From assembly GCA_031316235.1 (NCBI GenBank), contig JALDRA010000001.1, positions 2,040,001 to 2,072,000 on the forward strand: a DNA stretch of 32,000 nt. Reading direction: 5' to 3'. The translations under genes were made by a program, and so were the position numbers. Shown here piece by piece: positions 1 to 9,605 of the stretch. Each line of letters begins with the position of its first letter. The stretch's first letter is position 1. This DNA comes from Candidatus Scalindua sp. Lineage in GTDB: Bacteria; Planctomycetota; Brocadiia; Brocadiales; Scalinduaceae. The notes below the pieces were generated by a model that saw only the letters and a list, made by a program, of their open reading frames with translations, had not been told where the DNA came from and ran no database searches.

Positions 1-2426
1 AACGTAGTTCCTTTTCCCACCTCGCTCTCCACCTCAATAGTACCCCCATGCATTTTTACAATCCGGTAACTGATACTCAAACCAAGCCCTGTCCCCTTAC
101 CGTCTTTCCTTGCAGTAAAAAAAGGATCAAATATTTTGCCCGAATTATATTTATTAATACCCACGCCCGTATCGCTAATGAATATTTCTACCAACTCTTT
201 ACCGGCATGAAAAAGTGTTCCGATTGTCAGTATCCCTTTTCTGGAAATTCCTCTCTGCGTTAAATCACCGGTAGACTCTTTCATTGCAAAAACAGCGTTA
301 TTGGCAATATTAATAACCACCTGTTCAATCTGACGACTGTCCATCATAATGTCGGGCATATCCAGACTGAGTTTCCGTATAACCTCTATTTTCTCTTTAC
401 GGTACTGTTTTTCTACAATGTTAAGTATAGTATCTATCAGATTATTCACATTTGCCAAGTCCATTTTTGGTTCTTTCTGCCTTGAAAAATCAAGCAGGCC
501 GTTGATTAACTCTTTACACCTGATGGACTCCCTTGCAGAACCTTCCAGGTATTCGCACAAAAAAGACCTGTACTTACTTATAGTGGAGTATGTTTCTTCC
601 AATCCATCATGGTATTTTATTAAATTATCAATAACGTATAGCAGCTCTTTTTTGAAAAAACTCTTCCCCTCATTGACTTCGGCTTCACTGTCCAGGATTT
701 CGAAAAGCCTGTTCAGGTGTTGTGCATATTCAGAAATGGAAAGTGAGCTGATGCTCTCAAAGGCATTGGTGATCTTTTTGAAAAGTCTCATACTTTCCGT
801 GCTGTAGAGGTAAATCACCCCTACAGGGTTATTAATTTCATGGGCAATTCCTGCGATCAATTGGCCTATGGAAGCAAGCCTGTCAGACTGCACAAGTTTC
901 TGCTCCAGTTTTCTCAATTCGGTGATGTCACGGGCAATCCCGACTATGCTTATCACCTCACCCTCTTTATTCTTTATGGGGGAGGTGCTGAGCAGCACAT
1001 TTCTGACATTTTTCTGCTTATCCAGGATTTCAACTTCAAATCTGCGGACGAATTCGTTATATATCAGATGATCGTCGTTCTTGAGGCTGTTATCAAAAAA
1101 GATGGAAATCAATGGAATGCCTATTAAATCCTCTTCATCGTATCCCCAGTCAGTAATCTTCGGGTTGACAGATGTAAAGATTCCCCGTGCATCCAGGGTA
1201 AATATCAAGTCGTTGGCAAACCTTAAAATATTCACCAGATATTCCTTTCTTTCTTCAAGGGCTTCCTTGAGCAACAGGAGTTTTTCACGGGAGTCCTTGA
1301 TATCACCGGCCATATGAGTAAAAGATTCCGTAAGCTCCCCTAATTCATCTTTCAAACGGGTTTCCATCCGAAAATCCAGGTCACCCGCGGCTACCTTCTT
1401 CATACCCTTGACAAGCATGAGAATAGGGGTGATAATGCCTCTCGAGACAAATAATGAAACAAATATAACACCAATAATGCATATGCCAACCATGGTAATT
1501 AGCCGGTTTTTAAAGGTATAAATGGAAGAGTATGCCTCTGATTCATCTGTTTCCACCATTATGACCCAATCCATTTTCTTCAAATAGAGTGATGCTCCAA
1601 TAACGCTTACCCCCCGGTAATCCTTGTAAACTCCGATAAATTCTCTTCCATTTGAATGTGCGGCAAGCGCGGCTTCTGATTGTACGACCTGTCTTAAGAT
1701 TGCATTACTTTCAAACCTGGATTCAGTAATCATGAAGCCTTCTTTATTTACAATATATATCTCACTGGTCATTCCCCTTCTGTGATAGGTACTCATATCA
1801 ACTTCTGTATCCACATTTATTCCTGCAGTAATTTCATTCAACCTCCTGGCATTGAAACGTATTACGAGTACACCCAGGAGTGTTTCATCACTCTTTTTCA
1901 GTATTGGCGCAGAAAATGCCATCGAATACTCTCCTCTATTTCTGCCTCTGTAGACATCCTTGACGTAAGGCCCCTCTTTACCATATGTAAAATAATCTAC
2001 ATTAACTTCATTTTTCCCAATACTGTTTTCATTGCTGGATGCGACAACAATGCCTGAGGGGTTTAAAATAAAGGTTTCATGGAATCCCCGATTCAAATTC
2101 GTTTTATATACCATATAGTCGTTAAATTCCCTGACCGCTTGTATGTCGCCGGGAGTATTATTTAATTTCTCCAGATTCGTTCGGATAAACTCATCAGATG
2201 CAAAAAACTGAGATGAATATTCACCGGAATTGAGTATTGTCAGTATGTGGTTTTTGATTCCTCCGGCAATGAAGGACTGCTCTTTAAGGAGTTCGTTCTT
2301 GATAGATTCCTGAACATATTGACAGGTGAGAATGGCAACAGCAATGATGGGTAATACAGATAACAGGAGAAACCAGCAGAATAATTTTCTGCCTATACCA
2401 CTAAAGAGACTTACACCTTGTATCAT
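1..2426 (-). CDS. Sensor histidine kinase, C-terminus cut by window edge (TM / Cache-like periplasmic domain / TM / HAMP / PAS / HisKA / HATPase_c)
   Basis: Absent from the ORF track because it runs off the window. My reverse-strand translation is open from ATG at 2426 to base 1. It reads MIQGVSLFSGIGRKLFCWFLLLSVLPIIAVAIL (TM), a HAMP-like VAAGDLDFRMETRLKDELGELTESF, H-box IAGIAHEINNPVGVI, and G-boxes ISDTGVGI and KGTGLGLSISYRIVKMHGGTIEVESEVGKGTT at the edge. The + strand ORFs 349-807, 840-1127, 1081-1317 and 1782-2057 are antisense shadows. Confidence 0.85.
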   Translation of the reverse strand, partial: MIQGVSLFSGIGRKLFCWFLLLSVLPIIAVAILTCQYVQESIKNELLKEQSFIAGGIKNHILTILNSGEYSSQFFASDEFIRTNLEKLNNTPGDIQAVREFNDYMVYKTNLNRGFHETFILNPSGIVVASSNENSIGKNEVNVDYFTYGKEGPYVKDVYRGRNRGEYSMAFSAPILKKSDETLLGVLVIRFNARRLNEITAGINVDTEVDMSTYHRRGMTSEIYIVNKEGFMITESRFESNAILRQVVQSEAALAAHSNGREFIGVYKDYRGVSVIGASLYLKKMDWVIMVETDESEAYSSIYTFKNRLITMVGICIIGVIFVSLFVSRGIITPILMLVKGMKKVAAGDLDFRMETRLKDELGELTESFTHMAGDIKDSREKLLLLKEALEERKEYLVNILRFANDLIFTLDARGIFTSVNPKITDWGYDEEDLIGIPLISIFFDNSLKNDDHLIYNEFVRRFEVEILDKQKNVRNVLLSTSPIKNKEGEVISIVGIARDITELRKLEQKLVQSDRLASIGQLIAGIAHEINNPVGVIYLYSTESMRLFKKITNAFESISSLSISEYAQHLNRLFEILDSEAEVNEGKSFFKKELLYVIDNLIKYHDGLEETYSTISKYRSFLCEYLEGSARESIRCKELINGLLDFSRQKEPKMDLANVNNLIDTILNIVEKQYRKEKIEVIRKLSLDMPDIMMDSRQIEQVVINIANNAVFAMKESTGDLTQRGISRKGILTIGTLFHAGKELVEIFISDTGVGINKYNSGKIFDPFFTARKDGKGTGLGLSISYRIVKMHGGTIEVESEVGKGTT

Positions 2427-2461
2427 AGGGGACTTTCAGTTTAAATTCCATGCACGGGAGT

Positions 2462-3853
2462 TTATTTTCTGTCATGGTGACGAACCGCACGCTCAACAAT
2501 ATAGTGGATGAAGGCTTTCAGGGTAACAGGAATTAACGTGATCTGGAACAGGGGGTTGAGTGCCTGAACCAGTATTTTTTTATACGGAGCATCACCCGTG
2601 ACCATATTCCATAAAAGCGAGTTGAGATAATCCGCAATCCACGAACCTCTTCTGCCCTTGACATATGACAAGCGGGCTTTCACCAGCCAGTTCCGCTTTA
2701 TAACAAAATCGCTGAATAACAGTATCAAGGAACCAAGAAGGTTATCCATTGCCAGCAATTTTCTGGCGGGTTTATAGTAATACTTATCAAAATCTACTTT
2801 TGTAATTCCATGTTCAAACGCGGCCTGCGCCGCAAACTGTGAAGTTATGTACGCTGATTCAAGACCGTTTTTGTAAATCCTGGAAATACTTGCATCTCCT
2901 ACAATCATAAATCTGTTGGTAAATGGATTTTTTGCGTGTGAAAGCGTTATCCTGGGGAGGCACATACAGAAATTTTCAGGCATTTTCCAATCGTGCGGCA
3001 GCTTCTTTCTCACCACCGGATGATCGAGAAAATTAATAAGGTCCTGTTTTGTTAAATCCCGGACACCAACCAGGCTTACCGTGACATAGTTTCCTTTTGG
3101 GACCATGGAGGCAAACCGGAAAGGTTTCAGTCCAATTGCGAATACGTGTATACACTCTTTAAAAGACTTTTTTATAAATTTCTCATTTAACGATAGTTCC
3201 GTCTGGCAGGTTTTAATGGTTTTAGGCGGTCTATAACCAAAATTTAACCCTTCTATTTTATCGATTATTCTTGAATTAATACCGAATGCACCGACGACAA
3301 GGTCTGCTTCCATTTTTTTATACGGTCTCTCTTTTCCATAAAGGATCTCTGCGGCAATTTCAATGTCGGAAGATAGTTTCAGCTCCTGGACCGGCTCATG
3401 AATTACGGTTACACCCTGCTTGATGACGTGATTCAGCAGGCAGGCATCAAAGCTGTGGCTTTCTGTATGGGTGCTGTAGAGAGGGCCATTACCGCGGTAG
3501 ACTGCCAGGATAGTGCTGTCCCCGCTCCTCTTCGGCTTGTACAGTTCGATACCGTATTCACGAGTCTGGAAATAATACCCTTTTATCTCCTGTCGTATTA
3601 TTGATTCCGGTATCTCAATTCCGTCTTTTATAAGCTTGGCGTGTAAAGGTCCTGCAATTACCGCCGCACTCAGATTGCATCCTCTGGGGCCTCTCTGGCT
3701 GAAATCCTTACCTTCAAAGATTGTTATTTCAATTTTTATCCCAAGTTTTTCTGCATATCGTACAGCATTGTTTGCAAAAAAACTGCCCGCAGGACCGCCG
3801 CCGATTATGGCAATTTTTGAATTGTTTTCTAAACGTAATTTACTTACAGCCAT
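2462..3853 (-). CDS. FAD/NAD(P)-dependent oxidoreductase (geranylgeranyl-reductase-like family), hydrophobic C-terminal part
   Basis: 463-aa ORF with ATG start. N-terminal dinucleotide fingerprint KIAIIGGGPAGSFFA followed by TIFEGKD. It lies between two sensor genes on the same strand, with gaps of 56 and 35 bp. Confidence 0.7.
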   Translation of the reverse strand: MAVSKLRLENNSKIAIIGGGPAGSFFANNAVRYAEKLGIKIEITIFEGKDFSQRGPRGCNLSAAVIAGPLHAKLIKDGIEIPESIIRQEIKGYYFQTREYGIELYKPKRSGDSTILAVYRGNGPLYSTHTESHSFDACLLNHVIKQGVTVIHEPVQELKLSSDIEIAAEILYGKERPYKKMEADLVVGAFGINSRIIDKIEGLNFGYRPPKTIKTCQTELSLNEKFIKKSFKECIHVFAIGLKPFRFASMVPKGNYVTVSLVGVRDLTKQDLINFLDHPVVRKKLPHDWKMPENFCMCLPRITLSHAKNPFTNRFMIVGDASISRIYKNGLESAYITSQFAAQAAFEHGITKVDFDKYYYKPARKLLAMDNLLGSLILLFSDFVIKRNWLVKARLSYVKGRRGSWIADYLNSLLWNMVTGDAPYKKILVQALNPLFQITLIPVTLKAFIHYIVERAVRHHDRK

Positions 3854-3885
3854 TTAAAATCTGTTATAAGAGTATTAAATATTAG

Positions 3886-3908
3886 CACCGGTCTGGTTTC
3901 AGACGGTG
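3886..3908 (-). terminator. Hairpin directly after the sensor gene stop; possible intra-operon attenuator or weak terminator
   Basis: CACCGGTCTG-GTTTC-AGACGGTG (8 bp stem with one bulge), one base after the TAG at 3910-3912. The downstream minus-strand sequence is only moderately U-rich. Confidence 0.3.
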
Positions 3909-3909
3909 T

Positions 3910-6348
3910 CTATTCATCATGAATGAACTTGATTATACCTTCAATAAGGACAGGTTTGCCATCTTTATTCCTGATCAAATGAGTAGTTCGCTCGGCATGA
4001 AAACGTTCACCGTTTTTCTTTATACAAAAAGAGAGAAAGTTTTTCCAGACCCCGTATTTTTCAAGCTTCTCGGCAAGACTCCATCTCTCTTCCTGGTTTA
4101 CGTGGATATCCTCAACCTTTGTGCCGATCATCTCTTCCGGTGAATTGTAACCAAACATTTCCGCACATGCCTGATTTACCCAGAGAAACGAGCCTTCCCG
4201 TCCGGGCTCACATTGATACACACCTTCCTTGAGAGAATTAAATAATTCCCTGTAACGTTCCACCGTTTCCTGCAGCTCCTCTTCAAGCCGCCTTCTTCCT
4301 GTAATATCCCTGATCATGCCTTCAATAATGACAGGCTCTCCTTCTTCGTTCCGGATCAAATTTGTAGTACGTTCTGTATACATGGGTTCGCCGTCTCTCT
4401 TCCTGCAGAAAGAGACAAAGTTTCTACAGGTATCATGTTTTTCCAGATTCTCTGAAAGCCGCCGGCTGTCTCGAAGGTCAATGTAGATATCATTAACCTT
4501 TGTGTCGATCATCTCTTCCGGTGAATTGTAACCAAATATTTCAGCGCACGCCTGGTTTACCCAGGTAAATACCCCATCAACTCCCGGTTCACATTGATAT
4601 ACGCCTTCCTTGAGAGAATCAAACATTTTTCTGTACCGTGCCTCAGATATTACTGTCTCTTTCGTCTTCTCATCAAGGGTCTTTACCATGGTATTGAAAG
4701 ACGTTGCCAATGCTCCGATCTCATTATTGCTCTTTATCTGTACCTTTCCGGTTAAATCCCCAGCGGTCATCTCATCAGTTATCTCCTTAAGCCGGATAAT
4801 GGGGTCGGATAGTTTTTTCCCGAAGAGATACGCCACGAACCAGCAGGGGAACGTGACAGTCAGCATCAATGCTATGACAATGTATTTAAGATTATACGCT
4901 GCGCCATACGCTTCAGCTCTATCGATCTCAGTAATAACTCCCAGATTAAATTCAGGCAGCCAGTCCCATACTCCCAGAACAGGTATGCCTGCGTAGTCAA
5001 TATATCCTTTTGGGTCAGAACCTGCATTACCCGCCAGGCATTGCTTGACACAATAGAGCAGCTCTCCGGTTTTCGGTTCAATTAATTTCAATTCCAGAGA
5101 GCTCCTTTTTTCTACCAGCCCTATCTCTTTCAGGTGTTTTGTAAACCGGGATTCAGTAAGCATGCGGGCGTCCTTATTAACAAGATAGGTCTCACCGGTT
5201 TGTCCATACACATGATTTTGTATTAAATTATTCAGTCTGCCCACATCAACCCTTAATACAACAACGCCGATTATGGCTTCGTTCTGATCCTTCAGAGGTG
5301 ACGCGATAAACATGGTGGGTAATCCCGATTCTTTCTCATCAAACTCATTGATAATCGGTACATCTGACGGTATGATACTTGATACAAAAACATCTCCCTG
5401 AATTGCCTGTTTGAAATACTCCATTTCTGATGTATCTTTACCAACCCGGTCTCCAGATGTACCGAGTGTGACTAACCCCTTATTATTGCATACAAAGACT
5501 TCCCGGTAAGCAGACTCCGCCACAACCCTATCCAGATAACGGACAATTTTCTGATACTCGCTATCCTTTAACGTGATATTTATGCTATGAATCATACAGG
5601 GGTTGGTTGAGATAAGTTTCAAATCCAGGGCGCTCCTTTTCCCTGCCAACTCTATTTTCCTCAGCACTTTTATAAACCTTGATTCAGCAGGCATGTATGC
5701 GTCCCTATGAACAAGATAGATCTCACCGGTTTGTCCATATACTTGATTTTGTATTAAATTATTCAGTCTGCCCTCATCAACCCTTAATGCAACAACGCCG
5801 ATTATGACCTCGTTCTCATCCTTCAGAGGCGACGCGACAAACATGGCGGGTGAATCTGATCCATCTTCATCAGACTCATGCATAAGCGGAACTTCTGAAG
5901 GTATGATACTTGATACAAAAGCCTCTCCCCGAATTGCCTGCTGGAAAAAATCAATTTTTGATATATCTTTACCGACACGTTCTTCAGATGTGGCAAGTGT
6001 GATCACTCCTTTATTATTGCATACAAAGGCTTCCCGGTAACCGGACTCATCCACAACCTTATCCAGATACTGTACAGTTTTTTGATACTCACTATCCTTT
6101 ATCGTGACATTTATGCTGTTAACCATACAGGGATTGGCAGAAATCAACATGACATCCTTCTTTTTTTCATGCATCCACGTTGTCACCAATTCTGTCTGCT
6201 TGTGACCGATTACTACGAGATTATCCATAGCCATGGTTTTGAAATCTGATTGTATTAATGGATACATGAAACCTCTGAGTAAGGCAACGGGAAGTAATGT
6301 AGCAAAAATTACTATTACAATGACGCGGGTCTTTATAGAAATAAACAT
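3910..6348 (-). CDS. Membrane sensor protein: TM, two tandem near-identical Cache-like periplasmic modules, TM, HAMP, two tandem PAS; no kinase, cyclase or other output domain
   Basis: 812-aa ORF with ATG and GAGGAG Shine-Dalgarno. TM segments VIVIVIFATLLPVALL and YIVIALMLTVTFPCWFVAYLFG. HAMP is PIIRLKEITDEMTAGDLTGKVQIKSNNEIGALATSFNTMVKTL. PAS repeats begin KEGVYQCEPG.. twice. The protein ends right after the second PAS (..IEGIIKFIHDE). Confidence 0.8.
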   Translation of the reverse strand: MFISIKTRVIVIVIFATLLPVALLRGFMYPLIQSDFKTMAMDNLVVIGHKQTELVTTWMHEKKKDVMLISANPCMVNSINVTIKDSEYQKTVQYLDKVVDESGYREAFVCNNKGVITLATSEERVGKDISKIDFFQQAIRGEAFVSSIIPSEVPLMHESDEDGSDSPAMFVASPLKDENEVIIGVVALRVDEGRLNNLIQNQVYGQTGEIYLVHRDAYMPAESRFIKVLRKIELAGKRSALDLKLISTNPCMIHSINITLKDSEYQKIVRYLDRVVAESAYREVFVCNNKGLVTLGTSGDRVGKDTSEMEYFKQAIQGDVFVSSIIPSDVPIINEFDEKESGLPTMFIASPLKDQNEAIIGVVVLRVDVGRLNNLIQNHVYGQTGETYLVNKDARMLTESRFTKHLKEIGLVEKRSSLELKLIEPKTGELLYCVKQCLAGNAGSDPKGYIDYAGIPVLGVWDWLPEFNLGVITEIDRAEAYGAAYNLKYIVIALMLTVTFPCWFVAYLFGKKLSDPIIRLKEITDEMTAGDLTGKVQIKSNNEIGALATSFNTMVKTLDEKTKETVISEARYRKMFDSLKEGVYQCEPGVDGVFTWVNQACAEIFGYNSPEEMIDTKVNDIYIDLRDSRRLSENLEKHDTCRNFVSFCRKRDGEPMYTERTTNLIRNEEGEPVIIEGMIRDITGRRRLEEELQETVERYRELFNSLKEGVYQCEPGREGSFLWVNQACAEMFGYNSPEEMIGTKVEDIHVNQEERWSLAEKLEKYGVWKNFLSFCIKKNGERFHAERTTHLIRNKDGKPVLIEGIIKFIHDE
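3913..4641 (-). repeat. Intragenic tandem duplication of the PAS module (two units, period about 381 nt)
   Basis: aa 570-696 and 697-812 align colinearly (ARYRKMFDSLKEGVYQCEPGVDGVFTWVNQACAEIFGYNSPEEMI.. vs ERYRELFNSLKEGVYQCEPGREGSFLWVNQACAEMFGYNSPEEMI..). DNA blocks such as cttccggtgaattgtaaccaaa occur at 4133 and 4513. Confidence 0.8.
5086..6141 (-). repeat. Intragenic tandem duplication of the periplasmic Cache-like module (2 x 528 nt)
   Basis: aa 70-245 (ISANPCMVNSINVTIKDSEYQKTVQYLDKVV..) and aa 246-421 (ISTNPCMIHSINITLKDSEYQKIVRYLDRVV..) are colinear. Long DNA runs are shared, e.g. caccggtttgtccata..gattttgtattaaattattcagtctgcc at about 5195 and 5725. Confidence 0.85.
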
Positions 6349-6368
6349 AGAGTTTCTCCTCGATTGAA

Positions 6369-6520
6369 ATATACGAAATTCGATTTGGTTTTATATTTTT
6401 CTAACAACCAAATCCTGGTGGAGGTATACTCGCTCAATTTTATCTCGGATTGTATCCGAAATCCAGTATGAGATGAGTATATCCCCGGGCAAAAAAGCGT
6501 CGAGGACCTTACTCGCTCCG
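6369..6520 (+). repeat. Mosaic intergenic repeat copy R1 (modules A-degenerate, C, B, 8-nt C stub)
   Basis: atatacgaaattcgatttggtttt...aaccaaatcctggtggaggtat / actcgctcaattttatctcggattgtatccgaaatccagtatgagatgagtat / atccccgggcaaaaaagcgtcgaggacctt / actcgctc. Confidence 0.9.
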
Positions 6521-6857
6521 TAAAAACTGCCCTCTATACCGGTTTCCCCTGTCCGTCCGCCTGAATGACACCTCTTCAAGGCAGGAAGGAAAGCATTATG
6601 AATAAAAATGATTTTAAAAGCAAGCGCAAGATTACCAGAACCGACGTAACAGACGGGATTTTAAGCGATTCGCCGGAAAGCTCTTCAGGCCGGAAGAGGA
6701 GGAATGGCAGCTTGTAAAGCATTTAAGCTGTGGAGAAATATACCCGTTATTCCAGCTCCTTTGTGGAGATTTCAGGAAAAATAAGTGAGACCTGCGGGTG
6801 CAGACACTGTTCAGGCAGCTATTGCTTGGTTTTACGATGGAACCGGTCTGAGTGTTA

Positions 6858-6986
6858 CGTTTGGTTTTCGGTTTTAACGGACACCAGATCATGGGTGCTG
6901 GTATCTCCGGATAAAAAGCGCCGAGGACATTACCCGCTCAATTTTATCTCGGATTTTATCGGAAATCCAGTATGAGATGAGTATAA
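6858..6986 (+). repeat. Mosaic intergenic repeat copy R2 (A-partial, B, C)
   Basis: cgtttggttttcggttttaacggacaccagatcatgggtgctggtat / ctccggataaaaagcgccgaggacattac / ccgctcaattttatctcggattttatcggaaatccagtatgagatgagtata. Confidence 0.9.
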
Positions 6987-7088
6987 TAATCTCTGGCTGA
7001 TTCACCGGCATCTTTATTTTCCCTATCTCACCTGCGAAGTATGATTTCGTAATACTTTTATTGCGAAAGGTATTACTAAGCCCGGCAT

Positions 7089-7685
7089 TTAATGGCTCAC
7101 CTTATACCCGAGTATGATCCGGCGAACATCATCAATTGTGAATCCGTACGTCTTCCTTAGATCTCCCAGGCACATATCATCTTCGAAATCTGATGGTAAC
7201 CCCAGTTTTTCGATTATGTATCCGGCAGGAACTCCTGTAGCCTTTTCCGCCTCCTGTAAAGTCATTGATCCCCACACCTGCACATTACCATGCTGTACCG
7301 AAGAGAGATTGCGCCCGCTGCGGCTCTCCGGATTTGTATCTATCGGGCTCAACAAAGGAGCGAGAGCTAGCGCCAGGAGGCTGACTGCTCCTACAATACC
7401 CAAACCTGAACGCAACCCGGAACCCTCTCCCGGTCTGCCGGTAAGTATGTTATTAACCCATCGCCAGTGAAGCAGCAGATGCATGGCCAGTATGGCTAAA
7501 AAAACAACGGATATCCAGAAATGAATATTACCCCAACCATGCCGGTCTATACCCCAGATGGAACTGAATCGTCCGCTGCCCGGTGGAAGAATGTAGCGTA
7601 TCAATACGCCGGTGGTAGTCAGGAAAACAAATCCGGCAAAAGCGATAGCATCAAATATGAAGTTCAGTTTCGATCGTTTCATCAT
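7089..7685 (-). CDS. DUF4405-like (cytochrome-b-like, 3-4 TM) membrane protein with soluble C-terminal domain
   Basis: 198-aa ORF with ATG. N-terminal pattern NFIFDAIAFAGFVFLTTTGVLIRYILP...WGNIHFWISVVFLAILAMHLLLHWRWV matches my recollection of DUF4405. The C-terminal MTLQEAEKATGVPAGYIIEKLGLP motif is common in such proteins. Not verified by search. Confidence 0.55.
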   Translation of the reverse strand: MMKRSKLNFIFDAIAFAGFVFLTTTGVLIRYILPPGSGRFSSIWGIDRHGWGNIHFWISVVFLAILAMHLLLHWRWVNNILTGRPGEGSGLRSGLGIVGAVSLLALALAPLLSPIDTNPESRSGRNLSSVQHGNVQVWGSMTLQEAEKATGVPAGYIIEKLGLPSDFEDDMCLGDLRKTYGFTIDDVRRIILGYKVSH

Positions 7686-7765
7686 GTACGAAAACCGCTA
7701 TAAGAGGAGTATATATTTCTCTTTGAATGGCTTGTAAAATAACAAGAAATAATTTGTCTGTGTTA

Positions 7766-7849
7766 ATATACTAAAACCAAATCCTGGTGAAGGTATACTC
7801 GCTCAATTTTATCTCGGATTGTATCCGAAATCCAGTATGAGATGAGTAT
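7766..7849 (+). repeat. Mosaic intergenic repeat copy R3 (A-short, C)
   Basis: atatactaaaaccaaatcctggtgaaggtat / actcgctcaattttatctcggattgtatccgaaatccagtatgagatgagtat. Confidence 0.9.
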
Positions 7850-8004
7850 GAAATGAGGATATAACATTTTTAGCGGATAATCAAAGCAATTTCAAAAAGG
7901 CATTAAGGTTTGTCCCGGGGAACACATTGGCAAAAACCTGCTGAATATGTATAATAATTACTACATTTTCTCGGTACTCTCTGACTGATAAAGGTTATAC
8001 GTAG

Positions 8005-9600
8005 ATGTTTAATATGACAAAATTTTCTCTGCAGGACATGTCTGAGGTTGGTGACGCTCTGCAGCAATTAGAGCTCAAGGCCAGGAATATTGATGAGTTG
8101 AGCAATGAAATGGTACAATATTTTTTTGACAACCTTGGTGATACGCAGACAGGAGAGAAATCATCTGTTCTGGTCCGTTTCTTCATGACATACCCTTACT
8201 CAAGCCTTGATACAGAATTACGTCAAACAGTCGATAACCTGTTAGATAGCCGGCCTGTTCCGCAGGATATGAAATGCCTGGTGCTATCAGCGACTGCCGG
8301 AGTACGACCTGAGTGGAATTCAGCGGCAAAATCTAAGGACCATCGTGTTCTTCCCCTGCAGAGTGAGGATATGCTGAAGAAGAATATCATGGTTCATCAA
8401 TTTATTCAACAGATGGGCATTGACATCGCAAACGTACTCAACCCTGATCCAAAACTATCGTCTGAGCTGGAAGGCAGGGTTTTCAATGTCTATTACGTAC
8501 CTGATGCCCTCAGAAGCCCTTATATACCTGCGCAGGATGAATTTGTAATCCCTTATGGGATTAAGTCTGCCATGGGTATCGGGGGCATGCTGCCGACAGG
8601 AAACCTGTTTGCCCTGCTTATATTCTCTAAAACGAAGATCCCCCGTGACACAGCAAACGTGTTCAAAAATATCGCACTGAATGTGAGAATGGCAGTCTTA
8701 CCCTTTGTTAATGAAAAAATATTTGTGATTGACAAAGAGGAGATTACCGAAGAAGAACGGCTCAGATCGCTGATAGCGACACAGGCAAGTTTAATGGAAG
8801 TATATAAGAAAACATCATTTGAACAGACGAGGCAGTCGGAAAGTGTTGCATTTGATATCGCACAGTTACTGGGGAATTTTACGAGAAAAGCCTGGTTATC
8901 TGCCTGTTTAATATCCGCCTCCGTATTCTTTCTTTTTGCTCACTGGCTGACACACAATGAGTTTACCTTACACCTGGCTGCCATTCCAATTGAAATTTTA
9001 TTCGGCGCGTTATTAATTGAGAAAATTTTGGAGAGAAAGAAAAAGGCAGAACAATCAAGACGCTTAATGTACTTTAGATGCTATTTATTCCGTTCACGGT
9101 TGCGCAATATTTTCCTGGCGAACCTTAACGCGTTAAAATTTCCGGTATTATCAATATCAAGGATCAAGAATGCGAGCCTGAATGATTTGAAGCAGTTTCG
9201 CAAAGATGCTAACCATATAGAGTATGTATCATTAGAAGCAATGGAAACTATAATCGTTGAGTATATCCCCGCATATCACGCGTTTTATAGTTTTATGGAA
9301 TGGACAATTATTCATGACATTGATTTCGGTTTTGAAAATATGATTTATATTCTGCATTTCATTGAAGAAGTCAAGTTGTTTAAACACAATAATCCTGATA
9401 CACCTTTCGTTAATGAGGCCCAGAAACAGCGGGCTTTGATGAAAAAAGTGAAAAAAGTATTAGCTGAAGGTTTGTTTAAATTCCTGGATTTTTTAATTGA
9501 ATTAAAGGTTAAAGAGCCAGCATTATTTTACGAACTGCTTGCTGATTATGAGGAGTCACCGCACGGTGTTCAGATAATGTATGAACGGAGAAACAATTAA
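8005..9600 (+). CDS. Hypothetical membrane protein: about 290-aa N-terminal soluble domain, TM hairpin (about aa 296-341), about 190-aa helical C-terminal domain
   Basis: 531-aa ORF and the only large + strand gene. Hydrophobic pair AWLSACLISASVFFLFAHWL and LHLAAIPIEILFGALLIEKIL followed by ERKKKAEQSRR. I cannot assign a family. The alternative ATG at 8014 is equally possible. Confidence 0.6.
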   Translation: MFNMTKFSLQDMSEVGDALQQLELKARNIDELSNEMVQYFFDNLGDTQTGEKSSVLVRFFMTYPYSSLDTELRQTVDNLLDSRPVPQDMKCLVLSATAGVRPEWNSAAKSKDHRVLPLQSEDMLKKNIMVHQFIQQMGIDIANVLNPDPKLSSELEGRVFNVYYVPDALRSPYIPAQDEFVIPYGIKSAMGIGGMLPTGNLFALLIFSKTKIPRDTANVFKNIALNVRMAVLPFVNEKIFVIDKEEITEEERLRSLIATQASLMEVYKKTSFEQTRQSESVAFDIAQLLGNFTRKAWLSACLISASVFFLFAHWLTHNEFTLHLAAIPIEILFGALLIEKILERKKKAEQSRRLMYFRCYLFRSRLRNIFLANLNALKFPVLSISRIKNASLNDLKQFRKDANHIEYVSLEAMETIIVEYIPAYHAFYSFMEWTIIHDIDFGFENMIYILHFIEEVKLFKHNNPDTPFVNEAQKQRALMKKVKKVLAEGLFKFLDFLIELKVKEPALFYELLADYEESPHGVQIMYERRNN

Positions 9601-9605
9601 GTCTC

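Noticed and set aside
6391-6579. ORFs from the track that run through the mosaic repeats (6391-6579, 13677-14024, 17419-17682, 17565-17819, 29839-30042). They share a peptide like ILISxWFSDKIRDKIERVY, which could suggest a small repeated gene.
   Set aside because: The shared peptide is just module C read in one frame. Copy R8 has a stop in that frame. The copies differ by indels that break the frame. There is no start or Shine-Dalgarno context, and conservation follows the nucleotide palindromes rather than codons.
6598-6717. A 39-aa ORF (MNKNDFKSKRKITRTDVTDGILSDSPESSSGRKRRNGSL) with an AGGAAGGAAAG site, possibly the start of a decayed antitoxin-like gene between repeats R1 and R2.
   Set aside because: It is too short. 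Any continuation requires a frameshift, and the resemblance to BrnA/CopG-type antitoxin N-termini is only impressionistic. I left it unannotated.
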